20,000 nucleotides of DNA from NCBI GenBank assembly GCA_002245135.1, contig NGBS01000905.1:46794-66793 (forward strand), given 5' to 3'. Numbering within the stretch: position 1 is the stretch's first letter; the number at the start of each line of letters is the position of its first letter. The translations under genes and the position numbers were made by a program. The stretch is from Proteromonas lacertae (Eukaryota). Below the pieces are notes generated by a model. The model had not been told where the DNA came from. It searched no databases and saw only the letters and a program-made list of their open reading frames with translations. Shown one piece after another: positions 12,901-20,000 of the stretch.

Positions 12901-13870
12901 GTCCTTTTCCTCTTCATCAATTGCAAATACATTTATATTTAAATCATAAGTTTGCTCTACTTTATCTATATCAGGATTATTAACAGGAGCTACTGGTATT
13001 GTAATAAAATCGCTACTAGGTTGTATTTGAGGTAAATGTTGCTTTTTTAAACATGAATTAATTGCTCTCCAAAAACAATCCATATTATCATTGTCCTTAT
13101 TTTCACAAGGATCTAAACAATACTTATTATTAAATATATCAGGAATATGATAATTTCCTCCTGCTCCTGCCATAATTTGGTATTGATTAATATGAGTTTC
13201 CATTAAATCCATATATTGGAATATTAAACCAGATTCTGGAGGAGAAAAGTCATCCTCATTAATAGAATGAAATAGAGGAACGCATCTTTGCTGCTACTGA
13301 TGCAGGACTATCATACTCATTTATTAAAATATTTCTTGTATTATGAAATAAGGATACTTCCTCACCTGATTCATCTTCCGAAGAAGTATAAACATACCAA
13401 AATACAAAGTATACTTTAATATTTTTCATTTCATGTGCTATTTCACTTATTCTTAAAGCAACATCTGTGTTATCAACAATGAAATTATAATAATCTTCAG
13501 GAGTAAGAAGATGAATATCCTTTAAATTAGTAACGTACTTCCTTGTTACTCCTTCGGAGGATTGTCCTTCTAATTCATACCTTTTTATTCTTTCCTCTAA
13601 ATTTCCTCTTGGAGGATGAATTCTATCATCATCCATATCATCCTCTCCTCCACCAAAATACATTCCATAATCAGGATTTATAATATGTACTCGAGGATTA
13701 TTATTTAAATTCCTCATATAGGAGGATTCACTTATTTTCCTTATTTTACTAGTTGCATTAATGAAATATTGGGAAGTACTATCCTCATTTTCTAACATCT
13801 TTTCTAATAAATGAGTTTTTGCATTTAAAGCATATTTTTTCTGCTTATCAGTATTCTTCCTTTTATTCAT
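9906..13870 (-). CDS. polB: Protein-primed family B DNA polymerase (pPolB), ~1320 aa, with putative terminal protein, vOTU-like protease, Zn finger, exonuclease with HNH-like insert and polymerase domains; split by two +1 frameshifts (~13272, ~11720)
   Basis: Exo motifs YYDTEA, GHNAMRYDQHF and FIDSYQFL; FFPYEY; Pol motifs YQDMNSLYPS, KKLLNSLYGK, MTDTDS, KSKCY and DDKR. The bridging frame at 13213-13270 reads INEDDFSPPESGLIFQY, matching the Polinton SG-F/W motif that precedes GGxY. Confidence 0.93.
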
Positions 13871-14082
13871 GATTTTATACTTATGAAAAATTCAAAACTA
13901 AAAAGAAAACAAAAAATGAATATACTTTAAAATAATTGGTCAATTAATATAATTGGTCAAATACAAACGTATACTAAATTTTGATTGGATAATTAAAAAT
14001 CTACTTAAAAATCGTTACTATTTTTATTTGCAATTTTCTTGCTATTTTTATCTATTATTAAAAACTTAACTTCTAAAAAATC
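13871..14082. promoter_or_regulatory. Divergent promoter region between pPolB and ORF 14083, with CCAAT-box repeats
   Basis: ATAATTGGTCAA repeated at 13932-13943 and 13949-13960, plus GATTGG at 13983-13988 (CCAAT on the minus strand), between two head-to-head genes. Confidence 0.5.
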
Positions 14083-15006
14083 ATGAGTTCTGGTAAAAAA
14101 TACTTTACTTCTAAAAAGTATGTAGAAGAGGAGGCTGAGGAGGATAACTCTACTATAACTAGTGATGAAGATGATTTAGAAAATTGTGAAACTGAACCAG
14201 TATCACAAAGTGAATATGAAAAGCCTTATATTAAGGATTATGAGAGATGGTGTAAGGAAAACAATGTTGATGAAATGGAAAGTAATCCTGAACCAAAATA
14301 TGAAGCTGAATTAGTGAGGAAAATCATGGGTGATAAACAAATGTTAGAAATGGGAAATATTCCTAAGCTAGAATCTGCAAGAGGATTAGTGAGTGATTAC
14401 CTTCCTCCTCATTTAAATAGATGGTTAACTTTCATTGGACATGTATCTGAGATGAAATTAGAAAAACCAAAAGAGGATCAGGAAGGATATTATTCTGTGA
14501 AGTTTACTAATGTTCAAGTAGCTAGGTTTGCAGGAAAGGATTGTGATGCTAGTGAATGGATAAAGTTAAAATCCTCTTGGTTATATGATATAGCTGATTA
14601 TTTGAAAACCTCTAAACATTTGGAGCATAGTATTGAAGTTGTCCTCAATTTATACAGGATCCTCATTTGGAAGAATGATGATAGACATAATCTTGTAGGA
14701 AATGATAAAACAGTATATGAGGATTGGACTGTTATGGAGGATAAGGATGTTGTTGTTCCTGTAGTAGCTTTAAAATATACCATCAAGAATAATACATGCT
14801 TTGTTAATTTATTCATTGATGGAGATATTATGATTGTAAGTGAGGATTATGTTAAAGAAAAAGTTAAGGATAAGGTTGAGGAAAAAGAGGAAAAGAAGTT
14901 TAGTACTCCTAAAAGAAAGAGAGAAAGGTCCTTAAGTCCTCCAGTAGTGAAGAGAAGTAACATAGGAGGATTAACCTTAAAGAAGGATCATAAGCATAAA
15001 AAGTAA
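14083..15006 (+). CDS. Element-encoded hypothetical protein (307 aa) with acidic N-terminus and C-terminal NLS-like basic tail
   Basis: Intact intronless ORF with the element's GAG GAT codon style; EEEAEEDNS...SDEDD at the N-terminus and TPKRKRERSLSPP at the C-terminus. Confidence 0.75.
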   Translation: MSSGKKYFTSKKYVEEEAEEDNSTITSDEDDLENCETEPVSQSEYEKPYIKDYERWCKENNVDEMESNPEPKYEAELVRKIMGDKQMLEMGNIPKLESARGLVSDYLPPHLNRWLTFIGHVSEMKLEKPKEDQEGYYSVKFTNVQVARFAGKDCDASEWIKLKSSWLYDIADYLKTSKHLEHSIEVVLNLYRILIWKNDDRHNLVGNDKTVYEDWTVMEDKDVVVPVVALKYTIKNNTCFVNLFIDGDIMIVSEDYVKEKVKDKVEEKEEKKFSTPKRKRERSLSPPVVKRSNIGGLTLKKDHKHKK

Positions 15007-15035
15007 TTAAAAAGATAATTATCATTAATTCCTTA

Positions 15036-15056
15036 CTATATTCTTATTTTTGTTTT
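15036..15056 (+). promoter_or_regulatory. Second copy of the 21-nt element CTATATTCTTATTTTTGTTTT (after ORF 14083, just before the integrase ATG)
   Basis: Exact match to the reverse complement of 9859-9879. Confidence 0.55.
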
Positions 15057-15059
15057 TCT

Positions 15060-16341
15060 ATGGATATTCCAAAAAAGACTTTACCAGAGCTATATTCACA
15101 ATACAACTATTTATCTGCTAAAGATTTCATCAATATTTGCACTCACTATGGTTATAGCGAAGATGAAGCTAAGACTTTTGCATATTCTTCTCCAAGATAT
15201 CAGTTAGCATCAAAAAGAGTTCGTCCTAAAAAATTAAGGTATACTACTATTAAAGTACCAGGTACTTTTATGATTGATTTTGCATTCTTTCAAGGAAATG
15301 ATGGTCCTCCATCCTTATTTATTATTAATGTAGTATCGAGGAAAGTATGGGTTTATACTTTAGCAAGTAGAAGTGGTTTAGCTTTTGCAGAAGCTTTTAC
15401 AAAGTTTGTATTTCAGAATAGGGTAAAAGGAATTTTAGAAGGAGAGGAGGAATATATGATTTTCATTGCTTCTATCATTTGTGATAGAGAAGGAGTATTT
15501 ATAAGTAATGAATTTCAAAATTTCTGTAAAAAGTATAAAATAAAGATACATTATAAAGATACAGATGAGCATAATATCATGGGTATTTTAGATAGAGCAG
15601 TTAGAACAATAAAGGATCTTATTTATTATAGAGGAAGTACATATGATCAAAAGAATTTAATAAAAACACAAGCTGATTTAAATAATTTTATCCAAATGAT
15701 TGTAAAGGATTACAACAATACTCCTCATTCAGGAATTAAAGGATATACACCAAATGAAGTATATGATGATATGAGTCTACAATTGAAATTCCTCCATGAA
15801 TCGAGGAATTATAATAGAAATCTTAAAGCCAAAAAAGGATCTCCGTTTAATGTTGGAGATAAAGTAAGAGTTAAAGAAAGAGCAAAATCAAAATTAGATA
15901 AGTCTCATAGGTATAGTGATCAAGTATATACGATAAAGAGGAAAAATCCTTTTTCATATGATATTGATGTATATGATGATGAAGGAAGAATAACTACCAA
16001 AAGATTTAAGGAGTATGAATTACTTAAATGTATCAGATACACATCCATCCTTTGCTAAACAGAATGAACAGTATTACAGAACAATAGGAAAGGAAATGCA
16101 ACAGTATACAAGAGATCCTGATTATGTTCCTCCTGGTGTAGTTGTTAATGATGAACCTCAATTACAACCTGTTGCTGAAACAGTTCCTGTTAATCCTGCA
16201 GAACAAGCAGTGCAAGATTATAAGGATAATAATGCTGCACTTGATTTTGTTAATAAAGTTAGAAGGACAAGATCAGGAAGGATAAGTAGACCTAATCCTC
16301 TATACTCACGAAGTATATATGGAGCAGGACATATATGGTAA
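15060..16341 (+). CDS. Retroviral-type (rve) integrase of Polinton type, ~426 aa, with a +1 frameshift near 16029
   Basis: FMIDF (D73), IICDREGVF (D142), GILDRAVRTIK (D178), YNNTPHSGIKGYTP, and SH3-like FNVGDKVRV...YSDQVYTI...FKEYELLK. Removing one base joins ORF 16015-16341 (VSDTHPSF...RRTRSGRISRPNPLY). Confidence 0.9.
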
Positions 16342-16401
16342 ATTTTTATTTTTATGCTTTTTGTTTTCCCAATAAATAAAACTCATAATAAGAAATGTTA
16401 C

Positions 16402-17099
16402 TTAAAAATTATCACCCATATAAGTGTTTCCTATTCTTAAAATTTGAGATTGTCTTGGGATATAAAAAGGTTTGCAATATGGCATACCCTTAAAACTAAA
16501 ATCTTTATGATTTACAACGCCGTTATATTGAGGTTTTTCAGAGAAGTAAATACCAGTAACATTTTTAGTATCGTTTTCTACAACTGTTAAAGTAAATACT
16601 AAGTCGTTTTTAATATACTGAAAATAAGAATCAAATCTACTTTTATATAAATCATTAGGTATTTGCCATGACATTTGTGGAGAGTTATACATGTAAAAAT
16701 CAATACTATCATAATCTGTAGATTGAAATGATACATATTGATCTGCTAATATTGTCATCATAATAAATTATTATAAAATCTAATTGTATAGGAAACATTT
16801 TTTCTCCAGCCATATTATTACCTTTAATAATTACCATATCTATAGTAATAAACTGAGTACCAAGTTTCCAAGGAAATCCTACTTTTAATTTAGTAAATAG
16901 TACATTCTCGTAAATTGTCTAATATACCATTAACAGCAGCATTGAGATCTGTTTTTTTAGCAACATTCTTAACATCCTCCTTGCTAGCCAATGTTTGAAT
17001 ATCAGGCATATTAATAAGGATATCTTCTGCAGCATCTTGCACTTCCTCTCTAATTGTTTCGATTATTTTTTGAGTGTTATTTATGTTATTACCCAACAT
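16402..17099 (-). CDS. Putative fibre/receptor-binding-like protein (~231 aa after repairing two +1 shifts at ~16896 and ~16750)
   Basis: ORFs 16890-17099 and 16402-16761 are joined by an open bridging frame (TKLKVGFPWKLGTQFITIDMV...IIYYDDNI). The N-terminal helix has LASKEDV/VAKKTDL repeats and the C-terminus is aromatic and beta-rich. Confidence 0.45.
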
Positions 17100-17128
17100 T
17101 ACAAAGAAAAATGTAAATGAATTAAAAG

Positions 17129-17877
17129 TTATTTTTCTTCCAATACTTTATCAAAATTTATCCTAAATTCGGATTTAGCTCTATCTATATAGAGGAAAGC
17201 ATAAGGAGAGGAATTAACTACTGCATTATACACTTTCTTAAAATCCTCAAAAGAATCTGGCCATAACTCCAAGGATTCGTATAATCTCCTTAAATTATCT
17301 TCAGTTAAACCTTTAAAGACTAAACAATAATCAATTTGTAATCTAGCTTGAGGAGATAAATCAGTTATATACTGAGAACTAAATATTGTTTTGGACTTAT
17401 AATGCCTATTGTGTTTAGTAATTGTATTAATAATAGGCATCTTTAATTCAGAGGAAATATCATCAAATATAAAAATATTTTCAGGATAGGTCATATTACT
17501 CTTATCCACAGGATCCAAATCCTTCATCACCTTTTGTAAATTGTTATATCTTCTTCTTCATTTATAAAAGAATCATATTTTTCATAGTATATACCATTAT
17601 ACTTTAACAACTGAAATATCTTTTCATATATAATATCATTGTCCAATGTACTTACAAAAAAGAATACCTTTTGTTCTTCCTCAGAGGATAAGATGTTTTT
17701 CAAAATGTTATAGATTAAAGTTGTCTTACCTGATTTCTTTTTTGCTACAATAAATATATTGCTGAAAGGTTCCTCAAAGTACTCATAACCTAAAACACTC
17801 TTCGATGGCTTCTTTCTTTTCTTTGGTTTTTCCAAAGGTTCTACAGATATGTTATTTATTTTTTTAATACGATACAT
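17129..17877 (-). CDS. A32/FtsK-HerA-like DNA packaging ATPase (~249 aa), one -1 frameshift near 17550
   Basis: Walker A variant IVAKKKSGKTT, Walker B FIFDD, Arg-finger NRHY...IFSSQY, LSPQARLQIDY and PYAFLYID. Confidence 0.88.
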
Positions 17878-17920
17878 ACATAAAACAAAAGAAAAAAGAA
17901 AATGAAATATTTTAATGAAA

Positions 17921-18475
17921 TTATCTTCTACGTCTAGTTCTTCTTCTCCTTGAACATCCTCTTCTTCTTCTTCTGCCTAAACCTACTTTGCTTAAAGATT
18001 TAGATGCTATATTAGCAACTGTACTCCAAGGATTTAAAACTGAATTAGCTATCTTAATTCCATTACTTAATACTTTATGATCATGCATGTATTTTCCTAT
18101 CTTTTTAATAGTATCACCTAAACCTTTTCCTTTTCTTGGAGGACCATATGAAATAGGATCACTTCCTTTAAGAGGCATAATAGTTCTTGCTAAAGGAGGA
18201 TTTCTTCTATTTTTGGGAATCTTTGCAAGAATGTCTTTAAAAGATCCTCCTCTTACTCTGCAACGTCTTCTTCTTCTTCTTCTACCATATCCTTGTTTCT
18301 CAATAACATGAGAAATAGCATTGCCAGCAAATGGTATCAACTTTGCTATTCCGCTTAAAATACCTTTTCCTTTTAACCAATTTCCTCCTCTGTACCTTCT
18401 TCTTCGTCCTCTTCTTCTTCTTTTTTTACTCGATGTGCCTCGAGAGCCTTTTAATTTAAATGAGTATAACCCCAT
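17921..18475 (-). CDS. Arginine-rich virion core / membrane-active protein (adenovirus pVII/pX/pVI-like analogue)
   Basis: Intact 184-aa ORF with three poly-Arg tracts, GG/GxG sites (YRGG, LKGKG, QGYG, VRGG, RKGKG, VGLG) and amphipathic segments; lies between the capsid-like gene and the ATPase. Confidence 0.7.
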   Translation of the reverse strand: MGLYSFKLKGSRGTSSKKRRRRGRRRRYRGGNWLKGKGILSGIAKLIPFAGNAISHVIEKQGYGRRRRRRRCRVRGGSFKDILAKIPKNRRNPPLARTIMPLKGSDPISYGPPRKGKGLGDTIKKIGKYMHDHKVLSNGIKIANSVLNPWSTVANIASKSLSKVGLGRRRRRGCSRRRRTRRRR

Positions 18476-18522
18476 ATTGAAAAACAGTAAGAAATATAAG
18501 AATGACTTAAATTTTAAAATTT

Positions 18523-19881
18523 TTATATTACTCTTTGAATTCCTCTCATTCCAACTTCTAAAATTCTTCCTGTGATGATGTAGAATCGGTGAGTTACTGA
18601 TGTTATATCATGTTGTAAATCTTTTTTTTGTTTTGGTCCAAATTTTACATTATAACAATCAAAAGTTATCTTAAGTTGTTGGTCTAATGGTCTTCCTCCT
18701 CTGGACTTAATATTAGTCAAATTATTATCAGCAGTAAACTTCAAAATTTCAATAAACTTTTTGGGGAATGGTTTAGTATTATATTGGTCAAAATAGGTTG
18801 TTGTAAGCATTTTCTGCATTTGATAATATGAATCCTGATTGTTTACGTATAAGAAATCAGGAGTATAAACAAAATCATTTAATAACCATCTAAATCTAGT
18901 ATCAGGATGATCAAAAGATACTGTTTGTTCATCATTATCTACTGCAGTATACAATATATACTTTACATAAGGACCAATACTTGAATCAATTGTAAAATTG
19001 TACTGGAAATGATTAGTAGCTGTTGAATTAGTAACTGTTGTTTGGACAATATTAAAATCATTAAAATCAATAGGATGACGATATACCCAATTTAAAGTAT
19101 TGGCATTACAATCAGGATCAGTATTGTAACAAGCATATAATTCCAAATTAAATAAATCTACTTTTGGTTGTATCATATCATGATCACCTGGACCTTTTTC
19201 TGCCATGCATGTTTTAGATCTTAGGTCCAAAAGTAAATTGAATGAAAATCTTCTCTCCAAAGAACATATCATTGGATAAACTCAATATGGTATTATATAA
19301 TTCTCCTAATACCATTCTAACTTTGCATATATTTGCATTATCTTCCAAAGGAATATCTTTAGTAGGACAATTTGAACTACTAAATCCAGTTACTGTTCTG
19401 TTCTTTATTTCCCATCTTCCTGCTTGGTTATTCCATTCTTTATGTATACCAGTAAATAATTTACTATTTTGATCAAAATAGTTATCATCAATAATTACTT
19501 TCTTGGCTAATTGTGCTGCAATATCTCTATAATCATTATACTGAAAATCCAAATCACATATCAAGGAACCAGTAATGATTATACACTCTAATTGTGGATA
19601 AATTGAAAGTATTAAAGAGGATTACTGTAGGATTTTCAACACCTTGAATATCCTCTGCTTTATCCCAATAGAATTTTTGTTCCCCATTCCATATAGGGAT
19701 TGGGATAAATTAATACAATTATCAGGAGATAACTCGAATGTAACAGTATTTGAGGAATTACTTTCTGCAAAGTAATAACATCTCTTGTTTGATTAGGAGT
19801 AATACGTATCCAATGCTGTTCTGGTTTAAAAACTTGGATATCACTTGAATATTTTTGAGATGTAGGAATTGATAATGACAT
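18523..19881 (-). CDS. Probable double-jelly-roll major capsid protein (~451 aa after repairing five indels)
   Basis: Repairing shifts at ~19762 (-1), ~19697, ~19683, ~19577 and ~19221 (+1 each) gives a stop-free beta-rich protein (NTVTFELSPDNCINLSQSYMEW; VRMVLGELYNTILSLSNDMFFGEKIFIQF; NLELYACY). Its size and position fit an MCP. Assignment is by pattern and context only. Confidence 0.62.
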
Positions 19882-19925
19882 TATGTTATTTAAAAACAAC
19901 AAGAATTTTTAGAATAATAAAAGAA

Positions 19926-20000
19926 TTAAAAAATAAGAATTTCTAAGCATAAAGTTACTTCATCCAAACTAATTCCATATCCATCCTCCTGAGAAAGGGA
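19926..20000 (-). CDS. C-terminus of an upstream element gene, possibly the minor capsid (penton) protein
   Basis: Open frame SLSQEDGYGISLDEVTLCLEILIF* resembles the terminal strands of Polinton pentons and is followed by the element's T-rich 3' motif. Only 24 codons are visible. Confidence 0.3.
   Translation of the reverse strand, partial: SLSQEDGYGISLDEVTLCLEILIF

Larger units (their letters stand above)
9576..20000. mobile_element. Endogenous Polinton/Maverick-type (Polinton-like/adintovirus-like) DNA virus, left part; continues beyond the window
   Basis: Abrupt switch to intronless, densely packed genes. Protein-primed PolB, rve integrase, A32-like packaging ATPase, Arg-rich core protein and capsid-like gene occur together, the hallmark Polinton gene set. 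A structured repeat region marks the junction; the exact left end is uncertain by several bases. Confidence 0.93.

Noticed and set aside
18087..19472. Plus-strand ORFs 18087-18311, 18321-18575 and 19242-19472
   Set aside because: Antisense to the core and capsid-like genes; their Leu runs mirror poly-Arg codons.
9906..20000. Bacteriophage (tectivirus/phi29-like) or bacterial contamination
   Set aside because: The rve integrase, OTU-like domain, NLS-like tail and contiguity with intron-containing genes indicate a eukaryotic Polinton-type element.

Overview
AT-rich eukaryotic (protist-like) genomic window in two parts. Bases 1-9575 are host DNA with many tiny (26-46 nt) GTAT...TAG introns. They encode the 3' part of a UBR-family N-recognin E3 ligase, a secreted bacterial-type GH29 alpha-L-fucosidase, a NEK-like Ser/Thr kinase and a disrupted pseudokinase-LRR gene; the last two may be one tandem kinase-pseudokinase-LRR gene. 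The intron style and the GH29 gene suggest a Blastocystis/Opalinata-like gut stramenopile (inference). From about 9576 to the window end lies an intronless endogenous Polinton/Maverick-type DNA virus. It has a hairpin-rich terminus, a ~1320-aa protein-primed PolB with putative terminal-protein and vOTU-protease domains, an unknown nuclear protein, an rve integrase with a D-D(35)-D triad, a putative trimeric fibre, an A32-like packaging ATPase, an Arg-rich core protein with GG/GxG sites, a probable double-jelly-roll capsid protein and possibly the end of a penton gene. Nearly all ORF breaks are single-base indels, mostly +1, so the element may be intact and the breaks may be assembly errors. 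Element-specific signals include a GAGGAT/ATCCTC motif arrayed at the terminus and enriched throughout, and an identical 21-nt motif downstream of two genes. All assignments come from motif recognition by eye; no database search was run.
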